A stretch of DNA of 64,000 nt from an uncultured delta proteobacterium (GTDB lineage: Bacteria; Myxococcota; B64-G9), in contig CAVWHX010000001.1 of NCBI GenBank assembly GCA_963754925.1, forward strand, positions 64,001-128,000, given 5' to 3'. Each line of letters starts with the position of its first letter. Position 1 is the stretch's first letter. Below are positions 32,896-42,456 of this stretch, piece by piece. The notes under the pieces are model-generated. The model made no database searches, had not been told where the DNA came from, and saw only the letters and a list, made by a program, of their open reading frames with translations. Both the position numbers and the translations under genes were made by a program.

Positions 32896-35082
32896 GTGAA
32901 TATGTCGGGAGTTGCTGCATTGATTGACCGCGCTAAGAGAGAGCAACGCGTAACCCTAACGGAATCCGAATCCAAACTATTATTGGGCGCATACGGCGTT
33001 CCCGTGGTGGAAGAAGCCGTCGTCACCAGTGAAGACGAAGCGGTGTGCAAATCACGGGAAATGGGTTTTCCCGTTGTGTTGAAAGGACACGGCGCGCGGC
33101 TTACCCATAAAACGGAACGAGGACTGGTCAAAGTGAATGTGCGCTCGGTTTCCGAAATTCGCCGGGCCTACCGCCAGATCAAAGCAGCGGCCGCAAAAGA
33201 CTGGGAGGGATGCCTCGTCCAACCCCTGATAGAAGGCAAGCGCGAATTTGTCGCCGGTTTGATTCGGGACGCCCAATTTGGCCCGATGGTGATGTTCGGC
33301 CTTGGCGGCGTCTTTACCGAGGCTCTGGCCGATGCGGCTTTTCGCATTGCGCCCTTCGGCGCCGCGTGTGCCGACGCCCTGATTGACGACATCAAAAGCA
33401 CCAAGTTGCTCGGCGATTTTCGTGGCGAAAAAGCGGCCGACCGGGCGCAGCTACGCCAGGTGCTGTTGGGGCTAGCGCGGCTCGGCATTGAACATCCGGA
33501 GATTCGGGAAGTGGATATCAACCCGCTTATCGTCATGCCCGATGGACAGGTACAAGCCGTCGACGCGTTGGTGGTGTTCGAGGAACATACTGCCGCGATC
33601 AGGGGAAGCGACAACCGGGAAAAAGACACCGAAGCGCGCGCACGGGAAATTCGCCGGGCGCTGGATGTTGCCGTCCATGCCAAATCCGTCGCCGTGGTCG
33701 GCGCGAAACGTCCCCGGGAAAAGGGTTTTCCGGGCATGTTCGGCTGCATGCGCAATTTCGGCTATGCGGGACGGCTGTATCCGGTCAATCCCAAACTCGC
33801 CGATATCGACGGCATCAAGGCGTATCCCAATTTGGCTGCCCTGCCCGAACCGGTGGATCTGGTCATCGTCACCGTGGCGGCGCCGTTTGTTCCCGATGTG
33901 CTGCGGGAATGCATCGCCACGGGCAACAAGACCGTCCATATCTTCACCTCGGGCTTCAAAGAATCGGGTGAAGCGGAGGGCATTCGGCTTCAGGAGGAAA
34001 TGGAAACGATAGCCCGAGAGGGCGGCCTGCACGTTATCGGTCCTAATTGCATGGGATTGTACGTACCGAAAACGCGGCTTTTGACCTGGACCACGGCGTC
34101 CACGGAAAGCGGTCCGGTGTCGCTCATAAGCCAGAGCGGGGGCAATACCCAGGAATTTACCAACTACACCTCAAGCCGTTATGGAATCCAATTCAGCAAG
34201 GCCTTCAGTTATGGCAATGCGCTGACGCTGGACAGCACGGATTTCCTGGATTATCTGGCGCACGACGATGAGACGAAAATCATCACCCTGTATCTGGAAG
34301 GCGTTAAAGACGGACGGCGTTTTCTGGACTTGGTTACGGAAACGAATCGCCGAAAACCGATCATTATCTTTAAAGGCGGGCTTTCCGAATCAGGCGCCCG
34401 GGCGGTCTCCTCGCACACCGGGGCGCTGGCGGGCGGGGAAAAAATCTGGCGGGCCTTTTTCCGGCAATCCGGCGCCGTGCTGGTCGAGTCTCTTGAAGAG
34501 ATGGCCGAGGTGACCCTGGCGTTTCATTGCCTGGGAAAAACCCGCGGACGAAAAACAACCGTTCTTGGATTTGGCGGCGGGGCGGGCGTCTCCGTGGCGG
34601 ATAATTGCGCAAAGACCGGCTTGGAGCTACCGACGTTCTCACCGACGCTTATCAATGCCTTGCGTACGCTCATCCCTCCGGCCGGTACTATGATCCGTAA
34701 TCCGATAGACGCGGCGATAGCCTTCCATACGTTCGCCGTCATGGGGGACATCCTGCAACTGCTTGGCGAAACCGATGAGATTGACAACATTATCGTATCC
34801 GTGCCCTTTGACTGGCTGTTCGGCGAGGAAGAAGGCGGCACCCATATCGAAAAAGTCGCGGTCTACCTGGCCGAAGAGGGACGAAAACGGGCCTGCGGCA
34901 AACCCATGGTGGTGGTCTGGCGGCAATATGAGCCCCGGCAGGAGATTCGGCAATGGGTTCGCGTTTTGGAAAAAATTCTTTTGTCGGCGGGAATCCCTGT
35001 GTATGAGGGTGTTCCCCGGGCGGTCAACGCCCTGGCCAAACTGACCGCCTATCATGCCTTTCAGGCACGCTATAATTCATGA
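32896..35082 (+). CDS. ADP-forming acyl-CoA synthetase, ATP-grasp domain N-terminal to CoA-binding domains
   Basis: GFPVVLK..HKTE, MFGLGGVF, DINPL, then GPNCMG, SQSGG, SHTGALAG. Confidence 0.88.
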   Translation: MNMSGVAALIDRAKREQRVTLTESESKLLLGAYGVPVVEEAVVTSEDEAVCKSREMGFPVVLKGHGARLTHKTERGLVKVNVRSVSEIRRAYRQIKAAAAKDWEGCLVQPLIEGKREFVAGLIRDAQFGPMVMFGLGGVFTEALADAAFRIAPFGAACADALIDDIKSTKLLGDFRGEKAADRAQLRQVLLGLARLGIEHPEIREVDINPLIVMPDGQVQAVDALVVFEEHTAAIRGSDNREKDTEARAREIRRALDVAVHAKSVAVVGAKRPREKGFPGMFGCMRNFGYAGRLYPVNPKLADIDGIKAYPNLAALPEPVDLVIVTVAAPFVPDVLRECIATGNKTVHIFTSGFKESGEAEGIRLQEEMETIAREGGLHVIGPNCMGLYVPKTRLLTWTTASTESGPVSLISQSGGNTQEFTNYTSSRYGIQFSKAFSYGNALTLDSTDFLDYLAHDDETKIITLYLEGVKDGRRFLDLVTETNRRKPIIIFKGGLSESGARAVSSHTGALAGGEKIWRAFFRQSGAVLVESLEEMAEVTLAFHCLGKTRGRKTTVLGFGGGAGVSVADNCAKTGLELPTFSPTLINALRTLIPPAGTMIRNPIDAAIAFHTFAVMGDILQLLGETDEIDNIIVSVPFDWLFGEEEGGTHIEKVAVYLAEEGRKRACGKPMVVVWRQYEPRQEIRQWVRVLEKILLSAGIPVYEGVPRAVNALAKLTAYHAFQARYNS

Positions 35083-35083
35083 G

Positions 35084-35119
35084 ATGGTTCGAGTTTGTTT
35101 CTATTGGAAAGCAGGAGAT
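35084..35119 (+). pseudogene. Remnant of a higB gene
   Basis: 26 bp (35094-35119) identical to 37631-37656 inside higB-2. Confidence 0.6.
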
Positions 35120-35223
35120 ACATCATATTTCCCAGCCGACTCATGAAGAGAATGAGTATCAGTTGCAGTTGACAAGAGCCGCGTTGCCGGGGACATTCGA
35201 TCGCCGAAAATTGGGAGGCAGCG

Positions 35224-36028
35224 ATGAACGACTATTCCTTTGGGGTTGGCCGGGAAGGCGCAGAGCGGCTGGACCTGGTGAACAATATCTTCGGGCCGCA
35301 CAGCCGCCGATTCCTTGTGAATGCCGGGCTGCGGGAAGGGATCTCGGTCCTGGAGGTTGGGTGCGGAAGCGGCAACATGACTGCGTTCCTTGCTGAGCGG
35401 GTCGGTCCGGCCGGCCGTGTTGTCGCGGCGGACGCGAGCCCAAAGCAGATCGAGATTGCCCGGGAGCGGTGCTCCCAGGCCGGCCACCACAACGTGACCT
35501 TCGTCTGCGAGCAGGCGGAGGGGTTGGACCTACCCGGGCAGCGCTTCGACCTCGCCTGCTGCCGGCTCGTTCTGATGCATCTGCTAGAGCCCAGACCGGT
35601 CGTTGCACGTATTGCGGGTCTTCTCGTGCCCGGGGGGGACGCTCGCCTTCGAGGAACCAACCACCAGTACGCTCCACACGCTGCCTCGCTGCGACGTCTT
35701 CCATCGCGTCAACGATCTCTTTTTGCGTGCCGGGAAGATGGCGGGGATCGACCTCGACGTCGGCGACCGGCTCTTTCCGATGATCGTCGAGGCGGGGCTC
35801 CGACCGACTATCGCGCACTTCGTCCAGCCGATAGTGCCCATCCATGTGGCTAAAGCGCTCGTCATGGCGGGGGTGCGGGAGGGGCTTCCCGCCGCCCTCC
35901 GGGCGGGAATCGTGACTCAAGAGGTTGCGGACGAGACGCTGCGCGAGATCGCGAACCTGCACGAGGCCGATACGGCTTACTACGCGGTCCCCCGATATGC
36001 CCAGGTCGCGGGGGCCAGCGCCGGGTAG
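35224..36028 (+). CDS. Class I SAM-dependent methyltransferase, +1 frameshift in G7 run (35632-35638)
   Basis: VLEVGCGSG, FDLACCRLVLMHL; G6 restores LVPGGTLAFEE. Confidence 0.82.
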
Positions 36029-36049
36029 CTCCCCACCCATTTTGCTTTG

Positions 36050-36077
36050 CTTTTACGTAACATTTTTTGTGCGGTAA
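36050..36077 (-). other. dif-like XerC/XerD site 2
   Basis: Minus strand TTACCGCACAA AAAATG TTACGTAAAAG. Confidence 0.75.
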
Positions 36078-36179
36078 TAAGCTTTTCTGCAACCTCTTTA
36101 AGGAAGAAAATTGTCGGGGTAGGGGAGTATTTCAGTTCAACCCGAATCTACTAATCGAAGGTAGTCGCCGAGGAGCCAA

Positions 36180-37094
36180 TTACTTTTTCACAAGCTCGAC
36201 ACGCCGGTTCTTGGCGCGGCCGTCCTCGGTGCGATTGTCGGCGACAGGCGAGGTCTGGCCATATCCTTTGGCGGTGAGTCGACTCGCGGCGATACCGCGC
36301 TGCACGAGCGCGGCACTAACCGATTTCGCACGTTCCAATGAAAGCTTCTGGTTGGCATCGGCATTGCCAACGTTATCGGTGTGTCCTGCCACTTCGATCT
36401 TCAAGCTGGACGCTGCCTTGAGAACGTTGGCGGCTTCGTCGAGCGTCTTGGCCGACTCTGGCAGAATGGTGGCCTTGCCCGTATCGAAATTGACGTACAA
36501 CGTGATAAAGCCATCCTTGTTGAGCTTGTCCACCAGCTCGTTGACGCTCACCTCTTGCTTCATCGTCTGGCGTTCTACGATAAATACGTTGTAGTCCTGA
36601 TAACTTTCGCTCGCGGCGACATTGACCCAATATTCGCTGCTGCCTTTGGTCAGCTTCAAGGTCGTGTAACGGTCATAGGAAGTCCCTCCCGGCGACTCCA
36701 CCATGTACTTACTCATGCTCTGGGTTAACATCGGATAATGCGGACTGACGAAATCTCCCATCACGGTGCCTCCGGCCGCCTTTGTCGCATTCTGGAAGTT
36801 ACGAACAATCTGGAGGGAACTCGGCACCGTCGCGCCTTCCTTCAGCTTGTAACTAGCAACGTACACCTTGCCTTCAATAGAATCGTAATCCTCCGGCTTG
36901 CTCCACTCCTTGAGTTTTGGCTTAGGGAAGTCGACGGCATCGAACTCGGCATTTTGGCAGCCGTAGATTTCATAATTCGGCATGCGGATGAACAACGGAT
37001 GATCCTTGCAGTTCGCGGCATCTTCGGCACGAGCGTCTGGATTGAACAAGGCAAAGACGATTACTACAGGAAAACCAATCAAGGTAGCTTTCAT
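36180..37094 (-). CDS. OmpA-family peptidoglycan-binding protein with signal peptide
   Basis: FDTGKATI, GHTDNVG, NQKLSLERA, GYGQTSP, NRRVEL. Confidence 0.92.
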   Translation of the reverse strand: MKATLIGFPVVIVFALFNPDARAEDAANCKDHPLFIRMPNYEIYGCQNAEFDAVDFPKPKLKEWSKPEDYDSIEGKVYVASYKLKEGATVPSSLQIVRNFQNATKAAGGTVMGDFVSPHYPMLTQSMSKYMVESPGGTSYDRYTTLKLTKGSSEYWVNVAASESYQDYNVFIVERQTMKQEVSVNELVDKLNKDGFITLYVNFDTGKATILPESAKTLDEAANVLKAASSLKIEVAGHTDNVGNADANQKLSLERAKSVSAALVQRGIAASRLTAKGYGQTSPVADNRTEDGRAKNRRVELVKK

Positions 37095-37210
37095 TTCAAT
37101 GCTCCTCACACTAAATGTTTACGGATACGGATAGCGGATATGAAGAATAAACCACCTATTAACTTGGGGTCAAGGGTTTTCAATGTGCATGTCCCCCCCA
37201 TTCTGCTTTG

Positions 37211-37238
37211 CTTTTACGTAACATTTTTTATGCGGTAA
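37211..37238 (-). other. dif-like XerC/XerD site 3 (best match to canonical dif)
   Basis: Minus strand TTACCGCATAA AAAATG TTACGTAAAAG versus E. coli GGTGCGCATAA TGTATA TTATGTTAAAT. Confidence 0.8.
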
Positions 37239-37358
37239 TGAGCTTCTCGGCAACCAGATCGTGCAGACGGCGTCTGCACAATTAAACCCCTTTGTACCTA
37301 TTTTGGAGTTTGTCTGAGGTGGACAAACCGAAAATCACCTTGCTGGAAATTGTGGTAA

Positions 37359-37387
37359 TTGACAGCTATAATAGAGGTCATTATAAT
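37359..37387 (+). promoter_or_regulatory. Perfect sigma70 consensus promoter of higBA-2
   Basis: TTGACA(37359)-17-TATAAT(37382); tataat..attata inverted repeat; GTG start 8 nt downstream. Confidence 0.85.
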
Positions 37388-37394
37388 ATGGTTC

Positions 37395-37689
37395 GTGATA
37401 CGCTCATTCCGGAACCGTGGGTCGGAGGACATCTTTGATGGTGCCGATACGGCGGCCGGACGGCGGGTCTGTCCGAGATCCGTGTGGGCGGTCGCACAGC
37501 GGAAGTTGGACCAGCTCAATCGAGTGCGCAATCTCCTCGATTTGGCAGTTCCCCCCGGTAATCGGCTGGAGCGGCTCCGAGGAGATCGGCAGGGTCAGCA
37601 TAGTATCCGCATCAACGATCAGTTTCCGCATTTGTTTCTATTGGAAAGCAGGAGATGCCTATGACGTCGAGATCACAGATTATCACTAA
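37395..37689 (+). CDS. higB: HigB toxin 2, +1 frameshift at ~37626
   Basis: IRSFRN, PPGNRLERL.GDRQGQHSIRINDQF then RICFYW..DVEITDYH in next frame. Confidence 0.82.
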
Positions 37690-37741
37690 GAGCCGAACTC
37701 GTTTTGCTCGGCGGGGAAAATCCCGCGAAAGGGGGCGTCGC

Positions 37742-38044
37742 TTGCCACGTCGACGTCCGCCGACTTGTCCGGGAGAAATGCTTTTGGAGGAGTTTTTGCG
37801 TCCGCTGGGGGTGAGCCAATCCATGTTTGCCATCCGGATGGGAATCTCCTTCCCTCGACTCAATGAGATCATACATGGAAAGCGCACCATCACGCCTGAT
37901 ACCGCGCTGCGCCTCGAGCGTGTCCTCGGAATGCCCGCGGACTTTTGGCTCGGTCTTCAAATGGACTGGGATCTATGGCACGCAATGCAAGGTCGTGGGG
38001 CTGCCGCGATCGCCCGCCTTCGACCGTTGCCCGTAGCGAGCTGA
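37742..38044 (+). CDS. higA: HigA antitoxin 2 (start uncertain: TTG 37742 or ATG 37778)
   Basis: PPTCPGEMLLEEFL, ITPDTALRL, DFWLGLQ. Confidence 0.85.
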   Translation: MPRRRPPTCPGEMLLEEFLRPLGVSQSMFAIRMGISFPRLNEIIHGKRTITPDTALRLERVLGMPADFWLGLQMDWDLWHAMQGRGAAAIARLRPLPVAS

Positions 38045-38081
38045 TTGATTTCAAAACCGGCGCAGGTACCCGCCTCTTCTG

Positions 38082-38109
38082 CTTTTGCGTAACATTTTTT
38101 GTTCGGTAA
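38082..38109 (-). other. dif-like XerC/XerD site 4
   Basis: Minus strand TTACCGAACAA AAAATG TTACGCAAAAG. Confidence 0.65.
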
Positions 38110-38356
38110 TTAGCTTCTCAGCAACCTCTTTTTACGGGTAACAATGTTCTAACTCTCCGTATCCGTCTGTATGGAGAAAATTGTCGGTAGGGGAGTATTT
38201 CAGTTCAACCAGGATCTCCGAATCAAGGCTTTGCACGTCGGTGAGTGACAATCTTCTTGCCAATCTGAGGGGTTTTTAGCATTGTCATCGAACCGGTCGG
38301 TTTCTTTGCAATCACGCTGGGTAGTATTAGGAATACGTTGAGAGGATTTTCATTAG

Positions 38357-39479
38357 ATGCCTCCTATCGTTAAAAGATACCTATGATGCCACCCTTTCCG
38401 ATGTAATCAACTTGCTTGAAGAAGCACGTCGCAAGTCTGCTCGCGCTGTGAACTCAGTCATGACAGCCACCTATTGGGCTGTGGGTCGTCGCATCGTCGA
38501 GGAAGAGCAAGGTGGTCGGACTCGGGCGGGATACGGTGAAGAACTGATCGCACGGTTGTCGCAGGATCTTACCGCCCGCTTCGGTAGAGGCTTCGGTGCG
38601 GTTAACCTCAGCCAGATGAAGCGCTTCTATCTACTTTGGCCTCCCGATCAAATTTTTCAGACGCTGTCTGAAAAATCGATGTCTTGTAGACAGGAGCTGG
38701 ACCTAAGAGATACGGCGAAGGCGCTTCCCTTGCCCTGGTCTCACTACGTTCGGCTCATCGCCGTCGAGAAGTCTGAAGCGCGTAGATTCTACGAGGAAGA
38801 AGCTCTTCGTGGCGGTTGGACTGTGCGCCAACTGAGCCGACAGATCGACAGTCAATTCTATGAACGGACGGCGCTCTCGCGGAACAAGGCGGCAATGTTG
38901 AAAAAGGGCCAGGTCGCGAACCCCGAGGACGCCGTTACTCCCGAGGATGAGGTGAAAGATCCCTTCGTGCTAGAGTTCCTCGGCCTCAAGGATGAGTACT
39001 CCGAGAGCGACCTTGAGGAGGCGCTCATCCGTCACCTCGAGCACTTTCTTCTGGAGTTAGGCGACGATTTCGCTTTTATCGGCCGACAGCGCCGGCTGCG
39101 CATTGACGACGAGTGGTATCGGGTGGATCTGCTGTTCTTCCACCGGCGTCTGCGTTGTTTGGTGATCATCGACCTGAAGCTCGGGAAATTCACGCATGCC
39201 GACGCCGGCCAGATGCACCTGTACCTCAACTATGCTCTCGACAACTGGACTAAGCCCGGAGAAAACCCGCCGGTTGGGATTATCCTCTGCGCCGCCAAGG
39301 GAGAGTCGCTCGTCCGCTACGCGACAGACAACCTGCCGAACAAGCTGCTCGTGCGCGAGTACCTCACGGCGTTGCCGGACGAGAAGCTCATCGCCGCCGA
39401 GATAGATAAGACCAGGGCATTGATCGTAGCGCACAGCGGCATTGGTTACCAGAGCAAGCGCATAGTAAAGACGCCATGA
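38357..39479 (+). CDS. DUF1016/YhcG PD-(D/E)XK nuclease family protein; probable +1 frameshift in A4 at 38372-38375
   Basis: VNSVMTATYW, LPWSHY, KDPFVLEFL, FLLELG, DLLFFH, GQMHLY; removing one A joins MPPIVK-DTYDATLSDVINLLEE. Confidence 0.88.
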
Positions 39480-40195
39480 AATCGAACCGAATCAAGAACT
39501 GGCCGAAAGAGGAGCGGCCGCGGGAACGGTTGTTGTCTGAGGGAGCGGACAATCTCACCGAAGCGGAGTTGCTCGCCATCATCCTCCGTGTGGGACAAGG
39601 CACGTTCAAGGAAGGTATGCCGGGACAGAACGCCTCGGACTTTGCGCGTACTCTTTTGAAAGACTTTCATGGTCTCCTTGGACTCGATCGCGCCCACGTC
39701 CAGGACCTTCTAAAAGTGCCCGGCCTCGGACCCGCGAAAGTCGCCCAGATCAAAGCCGCCTTTGAACTTGGCAAGAAGGTGTGCGCTGGCAAACTGACAG
39801 CCCCTGTGTTCGAGTCTTCGCGAGCAATCGCCAACCACTTCCGCCCACGTTTTACCGGCAAACGCCAGGAGATTGTTGCTGCCGTCTTTTTGAACGGCCA
39901 GAACCAGCGTCTTGGGGCGAAAGATATTACCGAAGGGACGCCTACCCAAGCGACAGTGTATGTCCGCCGCGTAATTGAAGAGGCACTCCACATCTCTGCC
40001 GCCGCCATAGTTCTGGTCCACAATCACCCCTCCGGCAATCCTGAACCATCGGCAGGCGACGACGAGACAACGCGAGCTTTGTTGAAGGCGTGCAAACTCG
40101 TCCAGATGATCCTGCTCGATCATGTGATTGTCGGCGAGTCCGAACATTACAGCTATGCCGACTCCGGTCGGCTTCAGGAACTTGAAAACGATTAG
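39476..40195 (+). CDS. radC: RadC family JAB-domain protein
   Basis: ERPRERLL, G.GPAK.AQIKAAFELG, HNHPSG.PEPS..D, LLDHVIVG. Confidence 0.93.
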   Translation: MKSNRIKNWPKEERPRERLLSEGADNLTEAELLAIILRVGQGTFKEGMPGQNASDFARTLLKDFHGLLGLDRAHVQDLLKVPGLGPAKVAQIKAAFELGKKVCAGKLTAPVFESSRAIANHFRPRFTGKRQEIVAAVFLNGQNQRLGAKDITEGTPTQATVYVRRVIEEALHISAAAIVLVHNHPSGNPEPSAGDDETTRALLKACKLVQMILLDHVIVGESEHYSYADSGRLQELEND

Positions 40196-40206
40196 AAGGA
40201 GGCCTT

Positions 40207-42456
40207 ATGGCCGGGAAGAAACTGGAACCACAGCCCTATGCCAAACCGGACCAACTCCAGATCCGGGGCAACGAGATATTTAGCCCTCTTCGACAGAAGT
40301 GGGTATCGCTCACACCGGAAGAGATGGTGCGACAACAGTATCTAAAGGTGCTCGTGGAGGAATACGGGTTCACACATGATCACATGGCCGAAGAAATAGA
40401 AGTTACCGGCAGGGGATCGGCCAAAGCTCGCGCCGACTTCATCATCTGGCGCACCCCAGAGGACAAGGCCGCTCAAAACTCCCCGCTGATTGTCGTGGAA
40501 TGCAAGGCCGACAACGTCGCCATCGACCGCGCGGTCTACGCTCAGGGCGAGAACTACGCCCGCCTTACCAATGCCCCGTTCTTCGTCACCCACAATAACC
40601 GCCAAACACACTACTGGCGCGTTCTGCACGACAAGATGCCGAAGCATGTTGAGGAGATTGAAGGTATTCCCCACGCAGATGCCTCCGATAAAGAGATCAA
40701 GGAACTGATCGAGCGCCTGAAGGTCTTCAAAGAGGATGAGTTTGCTGATCTGCTCCACCAATGTCACAACGTTATCCGTAACCGGGAGAAGCGTGACCCC
40801 GTCGCCGCGTTCGATGAAATCGCCAAAATTCTTTTTATTAAAGTGTACGTGGAGCGCGAACTCAAGGCAAAGCTGAAGCGGCAGAACCTTTTCAGCGTCT
40901 CGTACCTTGAGGAACAACTTGGCGACAATCCGTTGGAAGACCTATTCCAAAAAACAAAGGCGCACTACCAAGCGGACCGCATCTTTGAACCCGACGAGAA
41001 ACTGAACCTGAAACCCGCGACTGGCATTGAGATTGTACGTCTACTTGAGAAGTATAACCTCTCCGATACCAGTGAGGATATCAAGGGAATCGCATTTGAA
41101 CGCTTCCTGGGCAAGACATTCCGTGGCGAGATTGGCCAGTTCTTCACCCCGCGCCCCATTGTCGAGTTCATGGTGCGTATGCTCGACCCAAAGGAAGGCG
41201 AGATTATCTGCGACCCCGCCAGTGGTTCAGGTGGTTTCCTGATCCGCTTCTTCGAGATCGTGCGCCAGCAGATACTGGCCGATGCTGACCGGCAGTACCA
41301 AAAATACAAAACCAAAATCGAAGCCGACAAGAAGTTGTCTGCAGACTCAAAGGCCACGATACTCCGCGAAAAGTTCGCCGAGATCCAAGCCACGCTCGAT
41401 CATAACCGTGAAGGATCTCGGCTCTGGAGCCTCGCTAACCGTTGCATCTATGGCACCGACGCCAACGACCGTATGGCCCGCACCAGCAAAATGAACATGA
41501 TCATGCACGGCGACGGCCACGGTGGCGTCCATCATCATGACGGTTTCCTCAATGTAAACGGCATCTTCGAAGGTCGCTTCGACATCGTTCTGACCAATCC
41601 GCCCTTTGGCGCCAATGTTGAGCCGTCCGACAAGATCCTAGAAGAACAGGTCACACTGCCGGATGAGATCGAACGCGAGTACGCGCGCATCTATGGTACA
41701 CCATACAAAGAAGCCCTGACCCGGGTCCGAGCCGCCAAGGACAAACCTATCGCGAGCCTATTCGAGCTGCCAAAGACCAAAGGCAACGCTGTAGGCAAGA
41801 TCAAAACCGAACTTCTCTTCATCGAGCGTTGCCTAGCGCTCCTGAAACCTGGTGGGCGGATGGGCATCGTGCTGCCCGAAGGCGTGTTCAACAACCCGTC
41901 ACTGGCGTATGTGCGCGAGTTCTGCGAGAACAGCTCCCGAGTTGTGGCGGTGGTCAGTCTGCCTCAAGAGACCTTCTATTCGTCCGGTGCATCGGTAAAG
42001 GCGTCACTACTCTTCCTGAAAAAGTTTAAACTGAAGGAGGCGGCCGACTTCGCGACCAAGCGCGAGGCGGCCAAGTTGAAAGTCGAAGATAAGTACGCTG
42101 ACGAAATCGCGATAGAAACGGGCCGACTAGAAGGGACTATCAAAGCGGCCAAAATAGCCAAGGACGCTGACGCCCGCAACGCCGCCCAACGTGAACTGGC
42201 CAACTATCAGAGAAGAATGGAAGAGACAAAGGCTCGCGAAGCCTGGGCGCTCTTGAAAGAGCACTTCGACTACCCGATCTTCCTATACCAAGCAGAGAAA
42301 GTTGGCATAACCGCCACGGGCGAGTCTGACGCCAACGAACTATACCCAAACGCCAACCCGCCCAATGGGATAAAGCCCGAAGACACCTGCCTTGAGCTTT
42401 ACCGGCGGTTCCTGGATCATCCCAAGGCCTTCGCTTCGGTTGGGGGTGAGGCATGA
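40207..42456 (+). CDS. Fused restriction endonuclease (HSDR_N-like) and N6-adenine methyltransferase
   Basis: TPEE.VRQ, RAD, VECK nuclease motifs; GQFFTPR, CDPASGSGGF, NPPF. Confidence 0.9.
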   Translation: MAGKKLEPQPYAKPDQLQIRGNEIFSPLRQKWVSLTPEEMVRQQYLKVLVEEYGFTHDHMAEEIEVTGRGSAKARADFIIWRTPEDKAAQNSPLIVVECKADNVAIDRAVYAQGENYARLTNAPFFVTHNNRQTHYWRVLHDKMPKHVEEIEGIPHADASDKEIKELIERLKVFKEDEFADLLHQCHNVIRNREKRDPVAAFDEIAKILFIKVYVERELKAKLKRQNLFSVSYLEEQLGDNPLEDLFQKTKAHYQADRIFEPDEKLNLKPATGIEIVRLLEKYNLSDTSEDIKGIAFERFLGKTFRGEIGQFFTPRPIVEFMVRMLDPKEGEIICDPASGSGGFLIRFFEIVRQQILADADRQYQKYKTKIEADKKLSADSKATILREKFAEIQATLDHNREGSRLWSLANRCIYGTDANDRMARTSKMNMIMHGDGHGGVHHHDGFLNVNGIFEGRFDIVLTNPPFGANVEPSDKILEEQVTLPDEIEREYARIYGTPYKEALTRVRAAKDKPIASLFELPKTKGNAVGKIKTELLFIERCLALLKPGGRMGIVLPEGVFNNPSLAYVREFCENSSRVVAVVSLPQETFYSSGASVKASLLFLKKFKLKEAADFATKREAAKLKVEDKYADEIAIETGRLEGTIKAAKIAKDADARNAAQRELANYQRRMEETKAREAWALLKEHFDYPIFLYQAEKVGITATGESDANELYPNANPPNGIKPEDTCLELYRRFLDHPKAFASVGGEA

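Noticed and set aside
32031..38135. Repeats as integron attC sites or CRISPR repeats
   Set aside because: No RYYYAAC/GTTRRRY-bounded hairpin, no integrase and kb-scale spacing; the 11-6-11 dif pattern fits better.
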